From Anaerolineae bacterium (lineage in GTDB: Bacteria; Chloroflexota; Anaerolineae; Aggregatilineales; J027): a DNA stretch of 64,000 nt. Of the stretch, positions 15,513-25,922 are shown in pieces (position 1 is the stretch's first letter; the number at the start of each line of letters is the position of its first letter). The position numbers were made by a program, and so were the translations under genes. The notes beneath the pieces were generated by a model. It searched no databases, was not told the origin of the DNA, and saw only the letters and a program-made list of their open reading frames with translations. Location: the NCBI GenBank assembly GCA_034437655.1, contig DAOTTU010000001.1:1017-65016 (forward strand), read 5' to 3'.

Positions 15513-18500
15513 CTATTCTCCTTCGCCCTGACCGTGCAGCGCCTCGTTCGGGTTCGACAGGCGTGCCAGGTAGGTCGTACGCGGGCGGGTGCCCAGTTCA
15601 CCAAGCAGCTCGTAGTTGAGTGGTTCTGCACGATGCTGGTTTACCTGAGAGTTTTCGGTATTCAAGTCCCCGAAGGAAATGACCTGTGTCGGGCAAGCCA
15701 CAGCACACGCTGGCTGAATTTCGCCATCAAACACGCGGCGATCTTCGTTCTTAGCGTGGATGCGGGCTGCACTGATGCGTTGAATGCAGTAGGTGCATTT
15801 TTCCATCACACCTTCAGACCGTACGGTGACGTCTGGGTTGCGTTGTTCCTCAAGGATGGTTTCGTCGTCGTCAATCCATTTCAGGAAGTTGAAACGGCGT
15901 ACGTTGTAGGGGCAGTTTGCAGAACAATACCGCGTGCCGATACAACGGTTGTATACCATTGTGTTGAGGCCTTCGGAGTCGTGGACAGTTGCTTCGACCG
16001 GGCAAACGATTTCGCAGGGTGCAGTTTCGCAGTGCATACACGGCACCGGCAAGAACGCCACGTGGGTTTCATCACCTTCAGTCAGGAAGTGACGGTCAAC
16101 ACGAAGCCAGTGCATTTCACGAGCTTTGAGAACCTGTTCCTTACCGACAGTAGGGATTGTGTTTTCTGATTGGCAAGCAATGATACAAGCGTTGCAGCCC
16201 ATGCAGGCTGTCAGATCAAGCGTCATTGCCCAGGCATAGCCTTCTTCGTATTCACGCAAGTCAAACGCAGTCGCCATCGGGACGCTGGTTTCGCCTTCAT
16301 GCGCAAAATTGGGGTTCTGGCGATACTCATTAAGCGTGCCGGTCCGCACGAGCGGTTCCAGGTACCCTTCAAGGTCGTCCAGATCAATTTCGCCACGAAT
16401 GGCTGCCAGTTTATAGCTTTCGTCCAGCGCGTTCAGCGATGCGCCAGCGGCTGTCCACATAGCGGCTGTGGTGCGAATGTCATAGGCGTTGAAGTTACGG
16501 TCATCGTCCACATCAGCGCCACCGCTAGTGCCATACCCTAAGAAGATAGAGACGGTGTTGTCCGCGTGCCCGGGCACTACCCAGACGGGGACTTCCATCG
16601 TGTTGTCGTTAAGTTGAACTTCAACGAGGTCTTCAAAACTGACATCTAGCCGTTCAGCAGTTGCCGGGCTGAGCAATGCCGCTGTGTCCCATGACAATTG
16701 GGTGATGGGTTTGGGCAGTTCTTGCAGCCAGCTATTGTGTGAGAAGCGACCGTCATAGATGTTCGGGTCAGTGCGGAAGACCAGTTCCAGATCATTGGAG
16801 CTAGCAGTAGGTTCGTTGTTCACCTGCGCACCGAAGTCAGCGCGAAGGGCAACCTCTAGTGCTGCATAGGCGCTGTCTGGTGCAAGACCGTCGTGCAAGG
16901 TCCGTCGCCAGTAGGCTTCAAAATCGTCGCCTTCATACAAGTCTTCCCAGAGGGCACGAACAACATCGTAGTCAGAATCATCGTCTTCGAGCAACAAGCC
17001 AAGCATCTGGTTTGCAGAACGCACGGTGTCGTACAGCGGGCCGATTGGTGGTTGAACCACACTCAAAGACCCGTCATAGGCGCGGCCATCGCTCCACTCT
17101 TCAATGAAGTGTGTTTGCGGAATGTGCCATTCGCACTGGCGTGAGGTTTCGTCGTTATACAGTGACAAATGCACCGTGAACGGCACCTCGGCAAGCAAGT
17201 CTGCAAACGGTACGTCAGCAGGTGCGTTATAGACCGGGTTACCACCGAGGATAAAGACAGCTTCAACCTGGCGGGCCGTAATGTCATCGACCAATGCGGT
17301 GATTTGTTCAGTATAAGAAACCGGGTTTGCTTCAACAGGCGCGGTGTAGTAAACCGTATTGCCAACGTTCCCCAGAGCAGCGTTAATGGCATGAACAAGC
17401 GCGTGTACGACTGGTGGTTGTTCGTCACCAGCGACAACGATGCTCGCGCCTTCGTTTTGCTCTAAGTCTTCAAGCAATGCATTGAACCAGGCTGCATCCC
17501 ATGCGTCAGAGGTCACACGGCCACTGACATCAACACCCAGTTCGGACGCAATGGCCCGGGCGAGTGCTTCAACGTCACTGGGGCTGAGTGCCAGACGGTG
17601 GTCTGCCATTGTCCCGGTTACTGAGGGCGTGCTTTCAGCCACATACAGGCGGTTCATTTCGGCCGTATCGGGGTCAGCACCAAGCACCTTACGCCGTGCA
17701 GCGAAATCACGCGCATAGCGCAGGCTACCGGGCATTGCGTACATAAAATTCGCGTCTAATGAGACGACGACATTGGCCTGATCAAAGCGATAGACAGTAT
17801 TGACGACCTGGTCAAACGCAAGCTGTGCGCCAGCGATAACGTTATCGCGTGTCACAGGCTCGTACTGATACCACCGCGCACCGGGGTACGCTTCCAGGAC
17901 AGCGTTCAAGCGGCTTGCGATTGTTGGGGAAGAAACGCCTTCAGTCAAAATCGCAATGCGTGAACTTTGCGCGTCAGAAAGCACACTTTCCAGGTCTTGC
18001 AAGAAGTTATCAAATGTATCTGGTTGACGATTGCGCAGTACCCGTGTTTCACGATCAGGGTTATATAGCTCAAGAATCGAGCCCTGCATGTAAGTATTGC
18101 TGCCACCGAGTGCGGCGGGGTGTTCGGGGTTACCGTCTACCCGTGTTGGACGCCCCTGGTGGGTTTCAATGGTGACGCCTGTCGCAAAACCACCGATAGT
18201 CATGGTGGAATTGAAATAAAGCGGAATGCCGGGGACCAGAACCTCTGGCGCGATCACATAAGGAATGATCTCTTCACCGGGTGGTTCGGCAGTACAGGCT
18301 GCACCGAAACCGACAATGGCAAGTGAGCCACCCATCAGCTTCATAAAGGTTCGCCGATCCATGCCATATTGTCGGCGCACGGCAGCTTCACGCGGGCGTT
18401 CGCGCTGAAGCAAGTCGTCAAATTCCTGATCTGACAGGTGTTCTACTGACAGATGCTGGTTTTCAACGCCACGGCCGACAGCATTAGGATCGTAGTGCCG

Positions 18501-18518
18501 ATTACTCTCGTTTGTCAT
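15513..18518 (-). CDS. actB: Alternative Complex III large subunit ActB (molybdopterin-oxidoreductase-like B1 fused to a 4Fe-4S ferredoxin-like B2 domain)
   Basis: Tat-type signal (DRRTFMKLMGGSLAIVGFGAA). C-terminal Cys clusters CMGCNACIIAC, CMHCETAPCEIVCP, CIGTRYCSANCP and CTYC...CAVACP. I prefer the ATG at 18518, preceded by AAAGGA. The track ORF begins at a TTG at 18545. Confidence 0.85.
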   Translation of the reverse strand: MTNESNRHYDPNAVGRGVENQHLSVEHLSDQEFDDLLQRERPREAAVRRQYGMDRRTFMKLMGGSLAIVGFGAACTAEPPGEEIIPYVIAPEVLVPGIPLYFNSTMTIGGFATGVTIETHQGRPTRVDGNPEHPAALGGSNTYMQGSILELYNPDRETRVLRNRQPDTFDNFLQDLESVLSDAQSSRIAILTEGVSSPTIASRLNAVLEAYPGARWYQYEPVTRDNVIAGAQLAFDQVVNTVYRFDQANVVVSLDANFMYAMPGSLRYARDFAARRKVLGADPDTAEMNRLYVAESTPSVTGTMADHRLALSPSDVEALARAIASELGVDVSGRVTSDAWDAAWFNALLEDLEQNEGASIVVAGDEQPPVVHALVHAINAALGNVGNTVYYTAPVEANPVSYTEQITALVDDITARQVEAVFILGGNPVYNAPADVPFADLLAEVPFTVHLSLYNDETSRQCEWHIPQTHFIEEWSDGRAYDGSLSVVQPPIGPLYDTVRSANQMLGLLLEDDDSDYDVVRALWEDLYEGDDFEAYWRRTLHDGLAPDSAYAALEVALRADFGAQVNNEPTASSNDLELVFRTDPNIYDGRFSHNSWLQELPKPITQLSWDTAALLSPATAERLDVSFEDLVEVQLNDNTMEVPVWVVPGHADNTVSIFLGYGTSGGADVDDDRNFNAYDIRTTAAMWTAAGASLNALDESYKLAAIRGEIDLDDLEGYLEPLVRTGTLNEYRQNPNFAHEGETSVPMATAFDLREYEEGYAWAMTLDLTACMGCNACIIACQSENTIPTVGKEQVLKAREMHWLRVDRHFLTEGDETHVAFLPVPCMHCETAPCEIVCPVEATVHDSEGLNTMVYNRCIGTRYCSANCPYNVRRFNFLKWIDDDETILEEQRNPDVTVRSEGVMEKCTYCIQRISAARIHAKNEDRRVFDGEIQPACAVACPTQVISFGDLNTENSQVNQHRAEPLNYELLGELGTRPRTTYLARLSNPNEALHGQGEGE

Positions 18519-18532
18519 AACTTGATCCTTTT

Positions 18533-19222
18533 CTAACGGTGACAAATCCAGCAGCCATCAAGACGATCAACGTTAATGTTCTGTTCTTCGACGAGTTGCA
18601 AGCCAAATTCTTCCTGGTTTGCGGGCGGTTCGTAATCGAAGTTGTAAACCTCCGACACGGGACGAATAAACTGCTCCGGTGCCCAGTGGCAGTCCAAGCA
18701 CCACGACATGGTCATATTTTCTGCCTGCCACACCAACGGCATTTCGTTCACCGGGCCATGACAAGTTTCGCAAGCGAAGCCCACATTTACATGTGCGCTA
18801 TGGTTGAAATACACGTGGCCTGCAAGGTCATGCACTCGGTTCCATTCCAACCGTTCGCCCGTTTCCAAGTAGCTTGTACGCACGGGTTCCAGCAGTTCGC
18901 TGTAGGTTGCAATCTGCGAATGGCAGGTCATGCAAGTGTGTGTATGTGGAATACCACCATACGGTCCTTGTTCGGCCGATTTGTGGCAATAGATACATTC
19001 GATGTTCAGAACGTCGCTATGCAACTCATGGCTAAAACGAACCGGTTGTTCGATCGCGATACCAACGGGTGCTCTGGTATATGGTGAGCGGTTTTGCACC
19101 AGTAGTAGTGCAACGCCGACCACAACCACCAGCAGCCCCCCCAGCAAACTCAGTCGAGCGATGGTGTTGGCAGAGGGATTGAATAGTTGTGACATGTCAC
19201 CCCAATCTAGCTCAGTAGACAA
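18533..19222 (-). CDS. actA: Alternative Complex III pentahaem cytochrome c subunit
   Basis: Five CxxCH motifs (CIYCH, CMTCH, CETCH, CLDCH, CWICH) and an N-terminal TM anchor. It is the first gene of the operon. Confidence 0.85.
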   Translation of the reverse strand: MSTELDWGDMSQLFNPSANTIARLSLLGGLLVVVVGVALLLVQNRSPYTRAPVGIAIEQPVRFSHELHSDVLNIECIYCHKSAEQGPYGGIPHTHTCMTCHSQIATYSELLEPVRTSYLETGERLEWNRVHDLAGHVYFNHSAHVNVGFACETCHGPVNEMPLVWQAENMTMSWCLDCHWAPEQFIRPVSEVYNFDYEPPANQEEFGLQLVEEQNINVDRLDGCWICHR

Positions 19223-19493
19223 AAATCGACTATTGGGAGTCTTTCTCCCAGCTCTCTATTGCTATGCTATTGCGTTGACGATGATGTAGTGGTGACAGTG
19301 ATGTGATGTCGGTCGTTGATGTGTGATGGTCAATAAATAACGTAGTAATTTTCACCGTCTTAGGTGTTGATTAAAATGATACGGCACGGGGCACAGACAT
19401 ACCAATGACTATTGTCACGTACACGCATGGCAGAATGTAATCTCCAACGTATTTCAAACAGCCAGAAACGCCTGAATTTTCGTACTATTACAT

Positions 19494-19644
19494 CAATACC
19501 TTCGCCAAAAATCAGCATGGTAGAAAAAATGACCATTTTGGCGGAAATTTGATACGTCATGAGCTTTTGTGAACCCAATTTTCGCGCCATTCATTACGTT
19601 TTCCAGCGAGTTCTACCCAAATTTCAAAATTGGCGAAGGTATTG
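19494..19644. repeat. 15-bp perfect inverted repeat flanking ~120 bp in the AT-rich divergent intergenic region
   Basis: caataccttcgccaa (19494-19508) is the exact reverse complement of ttggcgaaggtattg (19630-19644). A related ttggcgga lies at 19537-19544. Confidence 0.6.
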
Positions 19645-19978
19645 TTACATAAGAGGCGTGATTGCTAATTTTTTGAATGAGCGGGCTATATGTGTAACGT
19701 TAACATTTGTGACGGCCGAGAGAAATGCCCCATGCAAGCGCTCCTTTATCCATCAGGTCTGCACGCTCGCATAAGTGCTTGGTACGGTGCTGTTTTGCAG
19801 CCTTACGTCAATAGCTATAAAACCCAGAAGCGGCATCATATGTCATGTTGCAGAAATATCAACTGGCTGGCATGGTGTTGAATATGACATTTGTCATCAT
19901 CTTTTCCTTTTCAGGTCGCGGACTACAAAGCGCCCTACCCTTACACCTCACCCCAAATTGGGCAAAGACTTTTATAAT

Positions 19979-21797
<1,819 letters not shown>

Positions 21798-21836
21798 AAT
21801 CCATTTCCAAAAAACAAATACCACCCCGCTTTGCAG

Positions 21837-21861
21837 AGGAGGCCACGTGCCTCCTTATTAT
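21837..21861 (+). terminator. Putative terminator of sat-cysC
   Basis: aggaggc (21837-21843) pairs with gcctcct (21849-21855) around a 5-nt loop. The stem is followed by ttattatct. Confidence 0.45.
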
Positions 21862-22027
21862 CTGTCACCGGTTTATCCCAAATACAGCTCCCCCAAAGAT
21901 ATGCGGTATAGATACAATAGGAAATTGATGCCAACTCGCGATCAGTGCATATTCATGCTATTATGAGGCTGTAGGTTTATTGCGAACTGCTTCGCCATTT
22001 GTAGGTCATTTAACGAGATGAAACGCC

Positions 22028-23182
22028 GTGAAACTTGATATTGCCAGTTTAGAAGCCAATCCCCTCGTAAAATGGAGTATCATTACCCTATCTGTTGCCT
22101 TTGGTGCCGGGCTGTTTGTGTGGTTCTTCACCCAGCTAGACACAGAAGGTAACAACCTCGGCATTGACCTTATCTTCTATGCCTTTCGCGGATGGGATAT
22201 TCATTACCACGTAGTCAATGGGCTACGCAACCCACCCTGGAGTGTGTTGGTACTGATCCCGTTCGGCGCATTACTTCCCGACACCGCATCCTGGGGGTTA
22301 CTGGCATACGCGACCCTCATTGGCTTAATTCTTAGTGTGCCCGGCAATCAACCAAAGTGGAAATTTAACCTCTCCATCATCCTGCTTGTTACTGCGTTTC
22401 CGACACTGCGCGTTATCGCTGACGCGCAACTTGAAATACTGGTGATTGGCGGTATTCTCGCCACTGTCTATGGTCTAGCACACCAGAACCCTTACGCGCT
22501 GGCATTGGGGAGCTTGTTTGCGACTACTAAACCTCAAGCCGTTTTCGTGCTGATGCCGATTGTGGGCATTTACATGTTGCTGAACTGGCCACGCAAGACC
22601 TTTTTCCAAGCGGTTGCGCTGGTCGGTGCTGTGGTCATTCCAACGATGTTGTGGCGCGGCGAAGAGTGGCTTGCAGCAGTAGAAGGCACCTATCAACGTG
22701 GTGGCTTGATTGACATCAGCATGTCGGCGGCGCTCCACAGGATGGAATTCGTTCCGATACCGATCATCTATATCATTTTGGCAACATTCTTTCTTGCGAC
22801 GATGTGGATGGTCTGGATAAGCGACCGTAGCATTAGCCGCGAAAAAGCTGCGTTTCTCAGTGCTGCGTCGATGTTGCTTGCGCCATATACGGCCGGCAAC
22901 AGTGTTTTGATTGTGCTGGCTGTCGGGATTGTTTCTCTCTTACGGCGGCGATTGTTGATTGCTTTGCTCATATTTGCAGTCACCAACTCGTTCTACTACT
23001 TCAATCAGCCAGAGAATGCCACATGGTTTGCCTACTTCTGGACAACATATCTGCTTGCTAATTGGCTCATCCTTGCCTGGGACATTTATCAGGTCGAAGT
23101 GCGCAAAAGTCAGGAAACAGCGGTCGATTCCACTGGCCCAACGCCTGTACCAAACCATCAGCATGTACCACACAGCAGTTAA
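22028..23182 (+). CDS. Polytopic integral membrane protein, function unknown (possibly a GT-C-like glycosyltransferase)
   Basis: 384-aa ORF with a GTG start and at least 9 hydrophobic segments. I recognise no diagnostic motif. Confidence 0.5.
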   Translation: MKLDIASLEANPLVKWSIITLSVAFGAGLFVWFFTQLDTEGNNLGIDLIFYAFRGWDIHYHVVNGLRNPPWSVLVLIPFGALLPDTASWGLLAYATLIGLILSVPGNQPKWKFNLSIILLVTAFPTLRVIADAQLEILVIGGILATVYGLAHQNPYALALGSLFATTKPQAVFVLMPIVGIYMLLNWPRKTFFQAVALVGAVVIPTMLWRGEEWLAAVEGTYQRGGLIDISMSAALHRMEFVPIPIIYIILATFFLATMWMVWISDRSISREKAAFLSAASMLLAPYTAGNSVLIVLAVGIVSLLRRRLLIALLIFAVTNSFYYFNQPENATWFAYFWTTYLLANWLILAWDIYQVEVRKSQETAVDSTGPTPVPNHQHVPHSS

Positions 23183-23229
23183 TGCTCCTCGAGAATTGTA
23201 TTGGTTAACGAAACTTTAGGATCAATTTG

Positions 23230-23258
23230 TTGACGCTTTTCTTAACCCGTGCTATCCT
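23230..23258 (+). promoter_or_regulatory. Sigma-70-type promoter of the aromatic amino-acid operon
   Basis: TTGACG (23230-23235), a 17-nt spacer, then TATCCT (23253-23258). Confidence 0.5.
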
Positions 23259-23279
23259 CACTATCACTTGACCAATTGA

Positions 23280-23435
23280 ATGAGGTTTTTTGTGCGTACT
23301 CTAGCTGCTACCAAAACTGTGAAATTTGATAATTTTACACCTGCGACCACTGTCGACAGCAGCTGGCAGTTTTTTGGTTTCTTTTATTTTTACTACTTTA
23401 GCAGCCCCACCAAGCGGAGACCCCTGCGCACCTAA
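23280..23435 (+). CDS. Aromatic-rich leader peptide (51 aa; not in the supplied ORF track)
   Basis: Hand translation: MRFFVRTLAATKTVKFDNFTPATTVDSSWQFFGFFYFYYFSSPTKRRPLRT, ending at a TAA. Codons 29-40 (23364-23399) are W Q F F G F F Y F Y Y F. No obvious SD precedes the ATG. Confidence 0.7.
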   Translation: MRFFVRTLAATKTVKFDNFTPATTVDSSWQFFGFFYFYYFSSPTKRRPLRT

Positions 23436-23465
23436 ACGGTCAAGTTTAGCAGATAAGACAGCAAC

Positions 23466-23504
23466 AGCACGGCGTCTCCCATCAGGCGCGGTGCTTTTTT
23501 GTTG
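23466..23504 (+). terminator. Attenuator terminator in the aro leader
   Basis: agcac-g-gcgtc (23466-23476) pairs with ggcgc-g-gtgct (23485-23495) around the 8-nt loop tcccatca. One G.G mismatch and one G.U pair are present. TTTTTTGTTG follows. It lies 24 nt upstream of the aroH ATG. Confidence 0.65.
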
Positions 23505-23527
23505 TCTGGAACCAGAAAGAGGGCATT

Positions 23528-23977
23528 ATGGAGAATGTTACACCATCGGAAGAACAGTTGATTTGTCGGGGGATTCGCGGGGCAACCACCTGCGCGGAAA
23601 ATACCCGCGAATCAATCCTTGACGCCACCCGCGAACTGCTGATGGCCATTATTAAACTAAACGGCATCCGGCCAGAGGACGTCGGCAGTGCATTCCTCAC
23701 CACCACCACCGATTTAAATGCCGACTATCCTGCGGTTGGTGCCCGCCAAATTGGTTGGCATGACGTTCCGCTGCTTTGTGCCCACGAAATGAATGTTCCG
23801 CACGGCTTACCACGTTGCATCCGTGTGATGGTGATGTGGAATACTGCCAAACCGCAGGATGAAATTGTACATGTCTATCTGCGTGAAGCAGGTAACCTGC
23901 GCCCCGACCGCTCGCTGGAAATGCCTGAACTCATCGCTGAAATTCAAAAAGAACTACAAACTTTACCTATTGATTAA
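23528..23977 (+). CDS. aroH: Chorismate mutase, AroH class
   Basis: The motifs [22 protein letters not shown] and LRPD are collinear with B. subtilis AroH. Confidence 0.85.
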   Translation: MENVTPSEEQLICRGIRGATTCAENTRESILDATRELLMAIIKLNGIRPEDVGSAFLTTTTDLNADYPAVGARQIGWHDVPLLCAHEMNVPHGLPRCIRVMVMWNTAKPQDEIVHVYLREAGNLRPDRSLEMPELIAEIQKELQTLPID

Positions 23978-24006
23978 TTAACACCTGTCTTGAGGAGATT
24001 CTAACC

Positions 24007-25044
24007 ATGATCGTCATTATGCATTCAACCGCCAGCGCCCGTCAGATTTCCGAAGTTATCGCCCGTATCCGTGCGATGGGCTACGATGTCCATCTTTCTG
24101 AAGGTGAAGACCGCACCATCATTGGCGTTATTGGTCAGGGACGCGCCCTCGACCGTGAACAGCTCAGCACCATGGCTGGTGTCGAAGATGTCCTGCGCGT
24201 CACCCATCCCTACAAAATCGCCAGCCGCCACTACCACCCCGACAACACCGTTTTCCCGCTGGGCAATACTCAGGTTGGCAGCAACGACTTAACCATCATT
24301 GCGGGGCCGTGTTCAGTTGAAGGGCGCAGCGAATTATTAGAAGTCGCGCACATGGTCAAAGAAGCCGGTGCAACCGCGCTGCGTGGCGGGGCCTTCAAAC
24401 CACGAACCAGCCCATACAGCTTCCAGGGGCTCGGAGAAGAGGGGTTGAAATATCTTGCTGAAGCGCGTGAACAGACCGGCCTGCCCGTGGTTACTGAAGT
24501 CATGGACCCCAGCCTGGTGCCGCTTGTGACTCAATACGCCGACGTGCTGCAAATCGGAGCGCGCAACATGCAGAACTACACGTTGCTGCACGCGGCCGGC
24601 GAAAGTATGCACCCGGTACTGCTCAAACGCGGCATGAGTAGCACGCTGGACGAATTGTTGCAAGCCGCCGAATACATCCTCAGCCACGGCAACATGCGTG
24701 TGATGGTCTGTGAACGTGGCATCCGCACCTTCGGCAAAGAAACCCGCAACACCTTCGACCTCAATGCCATTGTTGCCCTCAAGCAACTCACCCACCTCCC
24801 TGTCATTGCCGACCCCAGCCACGCCACCGGAAAATGGGAATATGTTGAAGGCGTCGCGCTGGGAGCAATTGCCGCAGGTGCCGATGGCGTCATCGTAGAA
24901 GTCCATCAACAACCAGATGTCGCGCTCTCAGACGGTCGCCAATCATTGAAGCCGGCCAAATACACGGCCATGCTCGACAAAATTCGGGGGCTGGCAACGG
25001 TACTCGGGCGCAATGTCCCTGAAGCACAGCCGGTACTGACGTAA
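24007..25044 (+). CDS. 3-deoxy-7-phosphoheptulonate (DAHP) synthase, type I-beta, with an N-terminal ferredoxin/ACT-like regulatory domain
   Basis: IAGPCSVE...[19 protein letters not shown]...KRG...DPSH motifs. An ~80-aa N-terminal extension is present, as in Thermotoga-type DAHPS. Confidence 0.85.
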   Translation: MIVIMHSTASARQISEVIARIRAMGYDVHLSEGEDRTIIGVIGQGRALDREQLSTMAGVEDVLRVTHPYKIASRHYHPDNTVFPLGNTQVGSNDLTIIAGPCSVEGRSELLEVAHMVKEAGATALRGGAFKPRTSPYSFQGLGEEGLKYLAEAREQTGLPVVTEVMDPSLVPLVTQYADVLQIGARNMQNYTLLHAAGESMHPVLLKRGMSSTLDELLQAAEYILSHGNMRVMVCERGIRTFGKETRNTFDLNAIVALKQLTHLPVIADPSHATGKWEYVEGVALGAIAAGADGVIVEVHQQPDVALSDGRQSLKPAKYTAMLDKIRGLATVLGRNVPEAQPVLT

Positions 25045-25922
25045 TGAGCGACCACAGCGACGTTGACATCGGTGACTTTCATGTCCACATCATCGGTCTG
25101 GGGTTGATGGGGGCGTCGTTGGCAATGGTATGGCGGGATAAGCTGCGCCGTATCACTGCCGATGACTTATCTCCAGATGTGTTGTCTCATGCGTTGAACA
25201 CTAATTTGATTGACGCAGCGGGCGCAACATGTTTGCCCCGCGCCGATGTTGTGGTGATCGCCGTGCCATCCGACCATATTATAGATGTTCTTGCGGGGCT
25301 CCCACTCCGCGACGGTCAGCTTGTGATCGACATCGGCAGCACAAAGGCCAACATCTGCGCTGCACTGGACACTCTGCCAGCGGGGGTAATGTCTGTGGGG
25401 GGGCACCCGATGTGTGGTCTGGCAGAAAACGGATACTATAATGCCGTTTCCGACCTATACAACGGGGCACGGTTTGTATTGTGCAAAACAAACGGCACCA
25501 CACCTTATGCGCAGGCCGTCGCTGAACAGTTGGCTTGCGCGGCGGGGTCAAATCCGCTGTGGATGGATCGTGAACAGCACGACTACCTGACCGCCCTGAC
25601 CAGTCACCTACCGCATCTGCTCAGTTTTGCGTTGATGCGGTTGGCGGTCGATGTTTCGTCTGAAGATGACGCCCTCTACAAGCTGGCGGCGGGTGGCTTC
25701 GACGGTGCAACACGCCTGGCCCGTACCAACGAAAGCATGATTCGTGGGATGTTGACCACCAATATTGCTAATATTCGCAGCTTAACCGCCCGACTGCGTG
25801 AACACCTCGACCGTCTCGACACCATGCTAGAAGACCCGGCTGCTTTGGTCGAAGAACTGGCGCTTATTGTCGAAGCACGGCGACATTATTCAAGCGATTA
25901 TGGTGAAAGGCCGATTGCATGA
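25044..25922 (+). CDS. tyrA: Prephenate/arogenate dehydrogenase
   Basis: Rossmann fold IIGLGLMGASLA and a conserved GGHPMCG motif. Its start overlaps the DAHPS stop (TAATG). Confidence 0.8.
   Translation: MSDHSDVDIGDFHVHIIGLGLMGASLAMVWRDKLRRITADDLSPDVLSHALNTNLIDAAGATCLPRADVVVIAVPSDHIIDVLAGLPLRDGQLVIDIGSTKANICAALDTLPAGVMSVGGHPMCGLAENGYYNAVSDLYNGARFVLCKTNGTTPYAQAVAEQLACAAGSNPLWMDREQHDYLTALTSHLPHLLSFALMRLAVDVSSEDDALYKLAAGGFDGATRLARTNESMIRGMLTTNIANIRSLTARLREHLDRLDTMLEDPAALVEELALIVEARRHYSSDYGERPIA

Noticed and set aside
15474-16169. 231-aa plus-strand ORF, plus several 80-190-aa ORFs opposite actA, actB and actC
   Set aside because: They overlap the ACIII genes, which have diagnostic haem and Fe-S motifs. 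The antisense frames have no motifs or RBS.
19360-19590. 76-aa ORF and neighbouring 60-110-aa ORFs in the actA/sat intergenic region
   Set aside because: The region is AT-rich with no RBS. The translations are rich in Cys/Arg/Ile with no domain signal, and the frames overlap each other on both strands.
19494-19644. Possibility that the 15-bp inverted repeats mark a MITE or IS remnant
   Set aside because: I see no target-site duplication, no transposase fragment and no second copy in this window. It is kept only as a repeat / regulatory candidate.
23370-23400. T-rich tract (ttttttggtttcttttatttttac) that first looked like a terminator U-tract after the ctgtcgacag palindrome
   Set aside because: The upstream dyad gives only a 3-bp usable stem. 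The T-richness is explained by consecutive TTT/TTC/TAT/TAC codons of the leader peptide.
23260-23527. T-box riboswitch hypothesis for the aro leader
   Set aside because: I could not find the conserved T-box sequence (AGGGUGGNACCGCG-like) or a specifier-loop architecture. The leader-peptide model fits the sequence directly.
23326-23622. 98-aa ORF from the track, which starts at a TTG and runs through the aro leader into aroH
   Set aside because: It is in a different frame from both the aromatic leader peptide and aroH. It crosses the terminator and the aroH start. The 51-codon ATG-initiated frame explains the region better.
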